A DNA stretch of 64,000 nucleotides from a virus (taxonomy: Duplodnaviria; Caudoviricetes): the IMG/VR virus record IMGVR_UViG_2728368993_000001, positions 32,001 to 96,000 of that record. One strand, 5' to 3'. This document shows positions 50,594-60,287 of the stretch, in pieces. Every line of letters begins with the position of its first letter. Within the stretch, counting starts at the first letter, position 1. The notes under the pieces are model-generated. The model ran no database searches, was not told the DNA's origin, and worked only from the letters and a program-made list of their open reading frames with translations. The translations under genes were made by a program, and so were the position numbers.

Positions 50594-50791
50594 TCACTTC
50601 CGACCACGTCGCTTTGCTTTACTCTTCTTTTCTTCAGCCTTTTCGTTTTCAATCTTAATTTGAACAGACGCAATAACCATTGCTTTCTCAAACTTAGGCA
50701 GATTCAAGAACTCTGACGGCCATTTATGAAGCTTATGAAGGCAGTAATACGCGACATTCGCTTCATAATCGCCGTCATTGATTAGTTTTTT
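50594..50791 (-). CDS. -1 frameshift extension of the tail assembly chaperone (XkzB-like)
   Basis: Slippery A AAA AAC at 50785-50791 before the chaperone stop; the -1 frame reads KLINDGDYEANVAYYCLHKLHKWPSEF... to TGA at 50594. Confidence 0.7.
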   Translation of the reverse strand, partial: KKLINDGDYEANVAYYCLHKLHKWPSEFLNLPKFEKAMVIASVQIKIENEKAEEKKSKAKRRGRK

Positions 50792-51246
50792 GCTTCTTCT
50801 ACCGCATCTTCCATAGTGATTTCAAAACCATTTACTTCCTGAACCTTCGTTAAATAATCGGCATATTCACCAGGATTGAGCATTTTCTTTAGCATAGAAT
50901 CATCACCCATCACCCCATAACTGTTTTGGAGTTCAGCGTCGTTTAGATTTGGGAATACAGTACACTTGGCTGCCAGTTTCCCTAGATATTTCGGATAATC
51001 AGTTTCCGGAACAAACTGATTTTTCTTTCCTGGCACTGGTACGCGTCGAGTGCAAGACTTTCTCAATGCCTCATCTTCTTCCGATGTAATAGCACAGATT
51101 TCCCACTCGATTGGCTTGCCATCCTCTACAAATCGTTTAGATGCAACGTACTTTTCATTTTCAACCTTCAATGCGTTTTGACTCAAAAATGCGCTTAAAT
51201 TACTCATAAATAAATTCCTCCTAAATTGTAATAGGTATTTTCTCAC
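50782..51246 (-). CDS. XkdN-like tail assembly chaperone
   Basis: VFPNLNDAELQNSYGV...PGEY...VEEAKN; the real start is likely MSNLSAFL. Confidence 0.85.
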   Translation of the reverse strand: MRKYLLQFRRNLFMSNLSAFLSQNALKVENEKYVASKRFVEDGKPIEWEICAITSEEDEALRKSCTRRVPVPGKKNQFVPETDYPKYLGKLAAKCTVFPNLNDAELQNSYGVMGDDSMLKKMLNPGEYADYLTKVQEVNGFEITMEDAVEEAKN

Positions 51247-51275
51247 TTCTTGTCGAAATAGGACTATAGAAGGAG

Positions 51276-51602
51276 GTGGTAATTATGAAAATTAAAGGAA
51301 TGAAGGAACTTCAAAAACAACTTAAGAATATGGAACGTGGCGCTAAAGAACTTCAAAAAACAAAAAGTGCTTCCTTTGATGAATTATTTATTCAATCGTT
51401 CATGAGAAAAAACACCCAGTTCAATTCATTTGATGAGTTTTTAACAGCTGGTAATTTTATTGTTGAAACTCAAGAAGATTTTGAAGCTATTCCAGATGAG
51501 GACATGGATCAACATGTTGCCAAAACGACTACCTTTAAAGATTGGCAAACCATGCTCGATACTGCCGCAAGTGAATATGCTTTAAGAAAACTAGGTTTTT
51601 AA
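51276..51602 (+). CDS. hypothetical protein antisense to the tail operon (moron)
   Basis: RBS AGGAGG; ELF..SFMRKNT.F.SFDEFL pattern. Confidence 0.7.
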   Translation: MVIMKIKGMKELQKQLKNMERGAKELQKTKSASFDELFIQSFMRKNTQFNSFDEFLTAGNFIVETQEDFEAIPDEDMDQHVAKTTTFKDWQTMLDTAASEYALRKLGF

Positions 51603-51785
51603 TTTATTTTCGATTCTATATCTAACTCGAAGCCATCAATTTGTTGAAGAATTTCTTGAAGTTGTTCAGAGAGAGTTGCAGCTCTCTCTAACAATTTCTG
51701 TAACTCCTCTATATTCTTTATTCGGATTTTCGCCTTCAAAGATATCCACCCCATTCAAAATAAAGCTTTTTTTAATAAGAGAGTT

Positions 51786-52319
51786 TTATTGCATACCTGC
51801 TAACATTTTGAACTTTTCTGGAATTTCAAAGTCATCAAAGGTAAAATCCATATCCTCATCCAAGTATTCTGCATCAGCATCGAATTTAGCAAGGATGCCG
51901 CCATCGATATTACAATCTTTTAGAATGACAGTTTGACGACCAACGGAAGACGTTGGGTCCTCATTAGTGATTTGGATATCAAAATAAATATCCTCACCAG
52001 TCTTTTTATATCGATACAACAATTCACGAAAAATCGAAGTGTTATAGTGGAATGTCGCAGATCCACTACCTGTCCACCCAGTTGATTTGTTACCTCGCCC
52101 TGTACGACCGAGGATAGGAACCTCACTTTTTTGTTTTTCGACTGATGCCTCTAGATTGATAGCTTGCATAAAGTTATAACGATTGCCGTTTAGCGTGACA
52201 AAACATTCAGCAAGTGAAGCGCTGACAGCATCTTTGGCGTTCATTGATTGAGCAAAATGTTGTAAATCCAATCGTAAAAGATCTATTTTCTTATCATTCA
52301 TACTTACAGCCCCTTTCAT
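51786..52319 (-). CDS. tail tube protein (XkdM-like)
   Basis: EDPTSSVGRQTV.LKDCNID...EDMDFTFDDF. Confidence 0.88.
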   Translation of the reverse strand: MKGAVSMNDKKIDLLRLDLQHFAQSMNAKDAVSASLAECFVTLNGNRYNFMQAINLEASVEKQKSEVPILGRTGRGNKSTGWTGSGSATFHYNTSIFRELLYRYKKTGEDIYFDIQITNEDPTSSVGRQTVILKDCNIDGGILAKFDADAEYLDEDMDFTFDDFEIPEKFKMLAGMQ

Positions 52320-53629
52320 TATTTTACTGATACTGTCATATATAATTGGGCCATCGCGTTTGTAACCGTCACAGCATCACTAACAACAACTGATTTCTTT
52401 GAATCACCTTGTTCAACAGTAACTAGGTCTGCATTAAAATCTTCAATTGCTTGAATTTGCTCTAGCTCTTGATGATGTTTGACGATATCATTCCAAAAGC
52501 CAATACGGCCAGATGGATTGTTTTGAATCTTACCGAGATAACGAGTATTAAACAGTACAGCAATATCATTAGCGATTTGATCTAGCACCCTAATTGTTTG
52601 GTTATATTTGAAATCATCATTTTTTTCTTGAGTAAACGATACGAATGTATTGATATCTTCTAGCACTCGCACTTCATCGCCCACACGGTGGAAAATAAAT
52701 TTACCTGCTTTCAAAGCATCTTGTAGTTGCATTTGCTTATAGTTCACATCTACTGTAAATTCACCGTCATACTTTTTATTCGTATTCGATTTATTGACGG
52801 GACACCCTGCCTCGGCTCCAGTTACCCAATAAACTAAAGAGGATTCATTCACACCTGCATCCGTCACTTTATTTTCAACAGAGATAATTCCTTCATAATC
52901 AGCCGAATTCACCTTATAAAGCACTGTTTGGAACTTAGCCCCTATATCTTCTCTTAAACGTTTAGTGAAGGCGGTATACAATGCCTTGACTGCTTCTGTT
53001 GTAGTTAAGCAACCAAGCGTATGGAAGCTAAATGCTTCAATTTTATCTAAAAACGTTTGATGATCATCGCCTGTAATGGAACTCGCATTAGTTCCCCCTG
53101 TCAAAGGTACCCCTGCCGACACAGCTAAGGTTGCACCTGTTTTAAATTGAACAAAATCATTATTAATCAGTTTAGTTGCAGAAGAAACCGTCTGAATATC
53201 CACTTTCTTATTACCAAGCAAAGTGGATACATCGAAATCAGATGGATTATCAGCATTTTTTGTGATCACTATCTTTAAATCATTTCCTCTAGTACCACTA
53301 TATCTCGCTGAAGCAAAGGTATTTTGAGCTTTCACGCCCTTACCAAGGCGGAATAAATGTAGTGTTCTAGCATTCAAGAACAACTCCCTAATCCCAATCA
53401 ATTTTTCATGAGTGTAATCATATCCAAAAAGAGATTGAGAATCCTGTTGGAAAGCCTCGTGATGAACAGTAAAAACGGCTTCCTCTTCTCCCCAATCGAG
53501 TTCGAGGGCAAACGCTGCCACGCCACGATCAGATAGTGATGAGCTTGCTCTAGCTGCACTAACAAAGTTTATATATGAACCTGGTAATACTTTGTTTTGA
53601 CTAGTAAATGTACCTCCACCTAATGCCAT
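52319..53629 (-). CDS. tail sheath protein (XkdK-like)
   Basis: MALGGGTF..QNKVLPGSYINF; N..IRVLDQIANDI. Confidence 0.92.
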   Translation of the reverse strand: MALGGGTFTSQNKVLPGSYINFVSAARASSSLSDRGVAAFALELDWGEEEAVFTVHHEAFQQDSQSLFGYDYTHEKLIGIRELFLNARTLHLFRLGKGVKAQNTFASARYSGTRGNDLKIVITKNADNPSDFDVSTLLGNKKVDIQTVSSATKLINNDFVQFKTGATLAVSAGVPLTGGTNASSITGDDHQTFLDKIEAFSFHTLGCLTTTEAVKALYTAFTKRLREDIGAKFQTVLYKVNSADYEGIISVENKVTDAGVNESSLVYWVTGAEAGCPVNKSNTNKKYDGEFTVDVNYKQMQLQDALKAGKFIFHRVGDEVRVLEDINTFVSFTQEKNDDFKYNQTIRVLDQIANDIAVLFNTRYLGKIQNNPSGRIGFWNDIVKHHQELEQIQAIEDFNADLVTVEQGDSKKSVVVSDAVTVTNAMAQLYMTVSVK

Positions 53630-53815
53630 TTAGTTCACCTTACCTTTCAAAAAGCCTTTTATTTCTGTTTCTACTTGTTTGAGGGTATACGTTTGATTAT
53701 CTTTTAATAGAGCTTCTACAAGATCCTGCTGTACTCTATATTGATCTGATGCCAAAATCTGTTTTTTTGTAAAAACAGGTTCATCTTTACCTAAAGAATC
53801 TTTTTTCTTTGTCAC
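53630..53815 (-). CDS. small phage protein
   Basis: FTKKQIL.S...DLVEALL....YT pattern, located before the sheath gene. Confidence 0.65.
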   Translation of the reverse strand: MTKKKDSLGKDEPVFTKKQILASDQYRVQQDLVEALLKDNQTYTLKQVETEIKGFLKGKVN

Positions 53816-54252
53816 GAATTAACCCCCTCTCTCAAACCACTTTTTACAGATAACCCTTCCATTTCATCATCCTGAACAGTTTCTTTTCTGACAAATAGGT
53901 TATAATTAACGAAAAAATGAAGCACCCCATCGAATGCCTCACTATTTAAATTTGTGCCACGAACAAGATCACCATTAACAGTGATGTATTCCAGAGCATC
54001 AGTTAATTCCTCGGCAATCTCATTTAATTCAATGTTTTTTTCATGCTCACTTTTAGGGAAATAGTGGATATCGAAAAAGTGTTCCCTGAAATATCGTGGC
54101 CCGATGATTTGAGTCTGACCGAAGCGCAAAAAGGCAATAAAAAAACAAGGCTCATTAAAACCCTGCTTGATTTCTTCGCTATATATATCGTATTCATCCC
54201 CAAACACTTGATTCAGCTTAATAGAGATGCCATCAACGATACTATTAATCAC
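53812..54252 (-). CDS. tail terminator (XkdJ-like)
   Basis: IYSEEIKQGFNEPCFFI; DGVLHFFVNY. Confidence 0.8.
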   Translation of the reverse strand: MINSIVDGISIKLNQVFGDEYDIYSEEIKQGFNEPCFFIAFLRFGQTQIIGPRYFREHFFDIHYFPKSEHEKNIELNEIAEELTDALEYITVNGDLVRGTNLNSEAFDGVLHFFVNYNLFVRKETVQDDEMEGLSVKSGLREGVNS

Positions 54253-54751
54253 TAAAACACTTCCTTAGGAATTCTTCTACTTTCCGATCAACAATTTTCT
54301 GAGACTGTGATCTTAATTCATCCTCTGAGATTGTCAGCATAAATTGCCCCTTCACCCAGCCTTTATGAGATCGAGTCCTATGTCCAAATTCCACGTAAGG
54401 GGCATAATGAACGGGATTTATGACCTCGATTTGAAACACATGCCCAGTTTTAGTAACAGGTAATGATTCTGCATAAGCTTTGGCGCTTTTATTAGATGAT
54501 GAAGCCGCTGCCTCCGCATGTGTTTTGGCAGTCCACCCACGTCTTAAAGTACCCCCATTTTTACCTGAAGAATTTGGATATTGACCAACAGGAGTACGTT
54601 TAATTACTTTCGCAAGCAACCGAGCAGCAAGCTCCTTAGCAACACCCTCACAAAACTTTTCGAACTCTCTGCTCTGCAGTTTTTCCATTCTCTTTTGCAG
54701 ATTTTTCAACTGCTGGAAATCAACACTACCCCACCTAGCCATTATGCCCAC
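54245..54751 (-). CDS. HK97 gp10-like tail completion protein
   Basis: RTPVG..GTLRRGW; YAPYVEFGHR. Confidence 0.85.
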   Translation of the reverse strand: MGIMARWGSVDFQQLKNLQKRMEKLQSREFEKFCEGVAKELAARLLAKVIKRTPVGQYPNSSGKNGGTLRRGWTAKTHAEAAASSSNKSAKAYAESLPVTKTGHVFQIEVINPVHYAPYVEFGHRTRSHKGWVKGQFMLTISEDELRSQSQKIVDRKVEEFLRKCFSD

Positions 54752-55107
54752 CCATCGAAAAGATTTAAGGCGATTTCTTGATGGGTAGAGTAGACTGCCG
54801 GAACCCCGCTATGGGAGTAATCCGTAGTCCTCCCATCTTGGGTAACTGTAATTTTTGACCCTGCTTTTATAATAATTTCTGGTGCTATAAATAGCTTTGT
54901 CACTTGAGATATAGTAGGTGCATTATCAAATTCGCTTGCAGAGGACACTGTTTTAAAGGATAAACGACAAGGTTGATTCTCTAAAACGGTCACTTCTGTT
55001 TGCCTCGTCCTTTTTGTCTCTGGGTCCTTTATCGACTGATATTCAGCAATTGTACATATTCCCATATACAATTTTTCAATCAATTTTCGATGACGAGTCA
55101 TGCTCAT
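54742..55107 (-). CDS. head-tail adaptor
   Basis: ENQPCRLS...KLFIAP...IKAGSKI. Confidence 0.75.
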   Translation of the reverse strand: MSMTRHRKLIEKLYMGICTIAEYQSIKDPETKRTRQTEVTVLENQPCRLSFKTVSSASEFDNAPTISQVTKLFIAPEIIIKAGSKITVTQDGRTTDYSHSGVPAVYSTHQEIALNLFDGWA

Positions 55108-55481
55108 ATTGCTCTAAGCTTCCTAAATTTGTTGAGTTCATGAGTGTAATTTAAAACTAAAGTGTCAAGACTGCCCTTTGATGCACTGGTAATGTCATTG
55201 CCTTTATTGCCATAAGACACGTTGGTATCACCTAATTTAACGGAAGAAACACCTTCACTGACATTATCTATAATCGCTTCCTCGTTCGGATGCTCAATAC
55301 GAAGAATATCCATGACCATGGATGCCCAGACAAATTTAAGGGCCTCTGGTATCTCACCTATATTGCAATATAGCTTGATTTTCCACTCTATTTGCTCTAT
55401 ATAATCCATGATTAGTTCAACAAGAGAATCATCAGTCAGTTTCAATCGGCGTTTGACGATAGCAAGAATTTTATCATTCAT
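55104..55481 (-). CDS. head-tail connector (SPP1 gp15-like)
   Basis: YCNI.EIP.AL; SVKLGDTNVSY; LNKFRKLR. Confidence 0.8.
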   Translation of the reverse strand: MNDKILAIVKRRLKLTDDSLVELIMDYIEQIEWKIKLYCNIGEIPEALKFVWASMVMDILRIEHPNEEAIIDNVSEGVSSVKLGDTNVSYGNKGNDITSASKGSLDTLVLNYTHELNKFRKLRAI

Positions 55482-55695
55482 CGATTAGTCCACCATTTAA
55501 AAATGCAGCATGTTCTGATTTGAGAATTTCAATTTTCTCACCTTTTTTATATCGATCTTGCCCATATTTAATATTACTTTTCAAAATTACCTTAACGGTT
55601 TTTTCCTTTTTAGGTGTCTCCGGCTTTTGCTCAGCCTCAGAAGTCTCATTGAATTTTTCTTCAAGATCAGTTGCATTTTCATTATTCTTAGACAT
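55474..55695 (-). CDS. small phage protein
   Basis: 73-aa ORF after the capsid gene. Confidence 0.6.
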   Translation of the reverse strand: MSKNNENATDLEEKFNETSEAEQKPETPKKEKTVKVILKSNIKYGQDRYKKGEKIEILKSEHAAFLNGGLIDE

Positions 55696-55743
55696 ATGAA
55701 AATCTCCTTTCTAAATTAAATAAGGAAAGGTATTACCCTCCCC

Positions 55744-56787
55744 TTAATTAACTTTCGCAATAAAAATATTATCGATTGTTTCAAAGCTTGGTAAAATGAT
55801 CATACTGACGATGGTTTCAACGTTTACTGGATGAGGCTCTTTAATAGTGGTAACAGCTACACCAGTATTCACAATAGAAACATCTGCAGTCGCATTACCA
55901 GCCATCAAGTCAGACTCCTCAGGTGTTGTTCCATAATACGTACTCCCTAGGTTGCCATCAGGAATCAACGTGAAATAATCATCTGGATAGAAATTATGCA
56001 GCGATCCGTCCTCAGCACGGTATTTCTTGTTATAAACAGCAACAGAAAGTCCTAACTTAGCAGATAGGTATTGTTTTAACATTGACTCAGTCATGATAAT
56101 GTTTTGTCCCCCCAGAGGGTTCATATCAAGACGGATACTCTTATGCTCAAGCAACGAGGTAAAAGTTTTTCGAGACACGATTGCATTAGTCGGACGAACA
56201 CCCGTATTATCTTCCACTGTGTCCATCCAGGTTAATATATCTTGAATTGGAGTTGAACCTTGATCGCTCCATTGTGCACCTGCAGTTAATGTTTCCTTGT
56301 GATCATTTTTCATCTTGTAATCATAATCGTAATCTAAACGATTGGCCGTAATGCGGATTTTTCCTGTAGAGAGCAATTGCATAATCATTCTCTCTGGCTG
56401 CACCATTGCTCCATTTACAAGATTAGTGATGTCATCATAAATATTATTGATAACCGGCATAATCATGCTATCAAGGTTAGATGTAGCAAGACGATTCAAT
56501 TCTTGGCGATCTTTTTCCCCAATCCTCATCGCTTCACGGAAGAAAGGCATCTCAGTTTGTACTTTATCGAATCCAATACGGTCTCTAAGAGTTGCCTTAG
56601 AATCGAACTCAGATGGCATAAGGGCGACTGGTAACCCCTTTGAACCCTTAATCCAGCTCAAGTCCAGACCAAGCTGCTTCTTGGCAGGGAAAAGAACGGA
56701 ACCTAGATATGGAATGGTGTTTGAAGGGTTAGTCTGGTAATAGGTTGCAATATTATTTGAATTCACTAAATCAAAGATTGTTGGCAT
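55744..56787 (-). CDS. major capsid protein
   Basis: YLG..LFPAKKQLGL.LSWIKG; MPFFRE; GTTPEESDL; position in the head module. Confidence 0.88.
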   Translation of the reverse strand: MPTIFDLVNSNNIATYYQTNPSNTIPYLGSVLFPAKKQLGLDLSWIKGSKGLPVALMPSEFDSKATLRDRIGFDKVQTEMPFFREAMRIGEKDRQELNRLATSNLDSMIMPVINNIYDDITNLVNGAMVQPERMIMQLLSTGKIRITANRLDYDYDYKMKNDHKETLTAGAQWSDQGSTPIQDILTWMDTVEDNTGVRPTNAIVSRKTFTSLLEHKSIRLDMNPLGGQNIIMTESMLKQYLSAKLGLSVAVYNKKYRAEDGSLHNFYPDDYFTLIPDGNLGSTYYGTTPEESDLMAGNATADVSIVNTGVAVTTIKEPHPVNVETIVSMIILPSFETIDNIFIAKVN

Positions 56788-56802
56788 ATAATCATTCCTC
56801 TC

Positions 56803-57159
56803 TTATTTCAAAAATGTGACTTGCTTTAGTGCAGTTACCGCTTCAGCAACTGGTGCGGCAGGAATCTTGTTTAAGTCCACGAATCCATGAATAAGCATCG
56901 CTGCTGGAGCTGGGCCATAGGTAACATCCGTATCATTGAACAAGACACCTTCTGAACCTACCCCATTTACTGCTTTTACTTTTTTAGAAGGGTCGGCAAG
57001 AATCCCCCCACCAAGGATAGTACCAGCAGGAACAATTTTCTTTCCATTAACAGCAGTAATGCCTGCATCATCTACCGTCACCGCTACGTTCACATAATGA
57101 TCTGGGAACTTTAAAATCCCTTTTTTATTTGAATGGCTTTCAACTACAAATTTACTCAT
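56803..57159 (-). CDS. head decoration protein
   Basis: GKKIVPAGT; position between scaffold and capsid genes. Confidence 0.7.
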   Translation of the reverse strand: MSKFVVESHSNKKGILKFPDHYVNVAVTVDDAGITAVNGKKIVPAGTILGGGILADPSKKVKAVNGVGSEGVLFNDTDVTYGPAPAAMLIHGFVDLNKIPAAPVAEAVTALKQVTFLK

Positions 57160-57172
57160 TCAATATTCCTCC

Positions 57173-57853
57173 TTAGTTAAAATAGTGGCCGCGGGCTTTT
57201 TCAAGGGCTTCTGAATTTTGCGTTAAAGCCTCAGCTGCCTTTTTACCATAGTTAATCGCACCAGACGCAGAACCACCTCCTGGTGTTGAACCTTTAAGTC
57301 TTTCTTCTACTGCAGTTTGGACTGATTCACGAAAAGCTTTTTCAAATGTGTCCACATTCAATTTCGTTTTCTCTGCATCAGATGCAAGTAAAAGTTCAGC
57401 GAAATCGATAGGTAACTTCTTTTCATTTAAGATTTTAATAGTTTCAATTTTGAGCTCTCTTTGTTGGATAGATAGTTCCCTATCCTCGATATCCTTTTTC
57501 TGTTTATCTAGAAGAGCCTGTTCTTTCTCAGAAGCAGACATTTTAGCAAGCTTCTCAGCCTCTACTTTCTCAGCATCAAGTTTGGTTTTAAAATCTTGTT
57601 CCCATTGTGCTTGAGCTGTTTTCAAAGCTTCAGCAATTTTTTTATCTGTTTCACTTTGCAGAAGCGTTTGCAGTTCCTCTTGCGATTTTGGTAGCTCCGT
57701 TCCTGCTGGTGGATCTCCTTGGCCTCCGACTTGACCTGCTCCAGGATCATTTCCACCTCCTCCTGCCGCGCCAACTCCTGCGCCTCCACCTGAATCTGGT
57801 GCTAATAATGGAACCCCAACAAACCTACCACCAATCTTTTTGAACATTTTCAT
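57173..57853 (-). CDS. capsid scaffolding protein (DUF4355-like)
   Basis: EAEKLAKMS; V..RLKGSTP; start after GGAGG at 57853. Confidence 0.8.
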   Translation of the reverse strand: MKMFKKIGGRFVGVPLLAPDSGGGAGVGAAGGGGNDPGAGQVGGQGDPPAGTELPKSQEELQTLLQSETDKKIAEALKTAQAQWEQDFKTKLDAEKVEAEKLAKMSASEKEQALLDKQKKDIEDRELSIQQRELKIETIKILNEKKLPIDFAELLLASDAEKTKLNVDTFEKAFRESVQTAVEERLKGSTPGGGSASGAINYGKKAAEALTQNSEALEKARGHYFN

Positions 57854-57909
57854 TCCTCCTAATGTCTTATAAAGTTCTTGTGCAAAATAAAAAGCCGCAT
57901 TAATTGCGA

Positions 57910-58938
57910 CTAATTCGAAACGTATTTTTCTTTCCAAGCCTTATAACTCATATTTGCAGGCACATGATATGTTTTACCGTCAGACCCTCTTGCCGCCCTC
58001 TGACCAAAGTTGTCCTCGAAATAAGGAACTGTAACAGATCTGCACCAAGCGTGCAATGGGGGAGCAGTTATGCCGACCTGGTAATCTTTCATATCGAATA
58101 CTTTCCCATCAAGGTCCTGACAAACCTTACTGGTCTTTAAATCGAGAGTTGCCACCATCTCAAACTTTTCAACGTTCAGATCATTGAAAGTCTCTTTTTG
58201 TGATGCAGAAGCAAAGAATGCTGATTCGGTCATAACTAGCCTTCCAGCTTTCTTTCTAGAAACGTCAAATCTCTCAGAAATTGTTTTGATTACCTTGTCT
58301 GGTGCATCTCCTCTAACGATGGATTGTGTCAGTTCAGTGTGAAGGACATTCACCAATTCAGTTTTGTTCTTCCAGATACGGTCTGAAAAGTTTAATCCAT
58401 CCGGCGCCCATGGCTTTGAAGCAATTCTTTCAATTCTCTTTGTATCTATAGCAGGGATTGCCCAACCAACACTAATTCCCTTTTGGATTTCGAATGCTGA
58501 TTTGTAATATCCATCAGAAATAATACTAGAAGCTAAAGAATTGATGGAACCATTTTGGCTCCCATAAAGCACTTCGATTTGCTGTTGAATTGGAAGCATC
58601 ATTGCTTCCAACTTAGAGATATGAACCCTCGCAGAAGCATTCTCCAATTGTTTAAGCCATCTTTGGTTCAAAGCATTATCTTTCCCGTATTTGATGTAAT
58701 CATTAACGTCCCAAAGAAATTCTTTAAGTTCCCCTTTACTTAATAGCTTCTTTGCATCCGAGAGGGAAATCTCATTATTGGACGCTAAACGGGTATACCA
58801 TTTGAGCAGATCCTTTTCAAGACTTACCAAGGTTCTTTGATACTGCTTAGCTATTTCATTATTGGTTTGCTGCCCTTGCTGTATAAGATGAGATTCTAGA
58901 TCTACAAATCTTTTCTTCCAGTAATCTCTTGATTTCAT
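57910..58938 (-). CDS. minor capsid protein (SPP1 gp7 / Mu F-like)
   Basis: ATLD.KTS.VC..LDGK; PPLHAWCRS. Confidence 0.88.
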   Translation of the reverse strand: MKSRDYWKKRFVDLESHLIQQGQQTNNEIAKQYQRTLVSLEKDLLKWYTRLASNNEISLSDAKKLLSKGELKEFLWDVNDYIKYGKDNALNQRWLKQLENASARVHISKLEAMMLPIQQQIEVLYGSQNGSINSLASSIISDGYYKSAFEIQKGISVGWAIPAIDTKRIERIASKPWAPDGLNFSDRIWKNKTELVNVLHTELTQSIVRGDAPDKVIKTISERFDVSRKKAGRLVMTESAFFASASQKETFNDLNVEKFEMVATLDLKTSKVCQDLDGKVFDMKDYQVGITAPPLHAWCRSVTVPYFEDNFGQRAARGSDGKTYHVPANMSYKAWKEKYVSN

Positions 58939-60272
58939 TCTTGATCACCAGTATCCTCATTCCCTTTCTCAAAAGAATAAGGATCACTTTCGTCAATCAT
59001 CTTCTTACGTTCCTCATCCTTACGGGCAATCTCAGCATCCGCATCATCAACAAAAGGTAGCTGACTTAGTTGAGTTTTTTCGCTAAGTATACCTGATAAA
59101 TCCTTAACCATATCCACCAACTCTACAAGATTTCGAGGTATGTTTCTATGAAACTTAAGATTGATCTTATTGTAATCATATTGACCGCCTTTGATGTTAA
59201 GAAAATTAGTAATCATCCGCAGCCGTTTGATAAGGGGCGATTTGAATTTTCTCTCCTTGATAGATGCAATTTGTTCTAATCCCCAAAGCTTATACTTCAT
59301 CGCTTCACCAGATACATTTCCCGCGAATTTCTCATCAGTTAGATCTGGAACTTGGCTAATACGATGAATGTCTGTTTGGAGCCGTGTCTTATTATTTTCG
59401 GTGGCAGCATCATTAATATTCTTAATAAGCCAGTCAGCCTCACCTTCTGGTGGTATCAATAATACTCGATTTTCCTTCATTGTCTTGATATCAGTACCTT
59501 CAGTGGCATCCATACCAACTAACTTAAGATAGGCATCTGTAAAATACTCAAAATCATTAGCCGTGTCAGATTGCGATTTATTATAAGCATCTATTAATGA
59601 TAGAACAATCTCGAAGTCACCCATGAGTTCGTTGTTATTCGGATACTCAATGATTGGGACCTCTCCGAAGTAATGGTCTTTCCTCTCGAACTCTTCAAGG
59701 CGGCCGTTAGATGAATGGAAATATATAATTTCATCAGCAGTGTATACTTCTGCCTTGTCCAATTTCTCCCCAGTGATGATATTTTCAGTCTGATATTTTC
59801 TAATGGCGAAAATCATAGTTTCTTCAATATCATCCGAATAGACAGGAATAATGGTCTTTTTGTCAATCTCCTTGAATCGTACATTGGCGGTCTCATCCGC
59901 ATAGACTAATTCAAAAGCACGTCCACACATGCTCATGGATTTAGCGAGTTCAAAATTGGTATCCTCTTCACAATTATCGTCTAAGATCTCGAATACCTGG
60001 TCAAGCAACGCTTTATCATCGCTTTCGTAAGTAACAGGAACACCCATGAAGTAACCAGTTGCATTATCAGTGATTAGCTTCGCATAATTGATAACCAGCT
60101 TATTATTTGGTTTATCAGGTCCAACTTCTCTCTTAAGAATTTCATGTTCGCCAGTATAATATTTCTCGAGCTTATCAATACGCTTTTCTTCGAGCACACC
60201 CCACTTAGAGATAATATTCGCTATCAGCAGGCCTGTAATTTCCGTACCCTTAGGTATCTTAATTTTAAGCAT
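58935..60272 (-). CDS. portal protein (SPP1 gp6-like)
   Basis: PNNKLVINYAK.I.D..TGYFMG.PV; GNVSGEAMKYKL. Confidence 0.9.
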   Translation of the reverse strand: MLKIKIPKGTEITGLLIANIISKWGVLEEKRIDKLEKYYTGEHEILKREVGPDKPNNKLVINYAKLITDNATGYFMGVPVTYESDDKALLDQVFEILDDNCEEDTNFELAKSMSMCGRAFELVYADETANVRFKEIDKKTIIPVYSDDIEETMIFAIRKYQTENIITGEKLDKAEVYTADEIIYFHSSNGRLEEFERKDHYFGEVPIIEYPNNNELMGDFEIVLSLIDAYNKSQSDTANDFEYFTDAYLKLVGMDATEGTDIKTMKENRVLLIPPEGEADWLIKNINDAATENNKTRLQTDIHRISQVPDLTDEKFAGNVSGEAMKYKLWGLEQIASIKERKFKSPLIKRLRMITNFLNIKGGQYDYNKINLKFHRNIPRNLVELVDMVKDLSGILSEKTQLSQLPFVDDADAEIARKDEERKKMIDESDPYSFEKGNEDTGDQE

Positions 60273-60287
60273 TAAACAACACCACCT

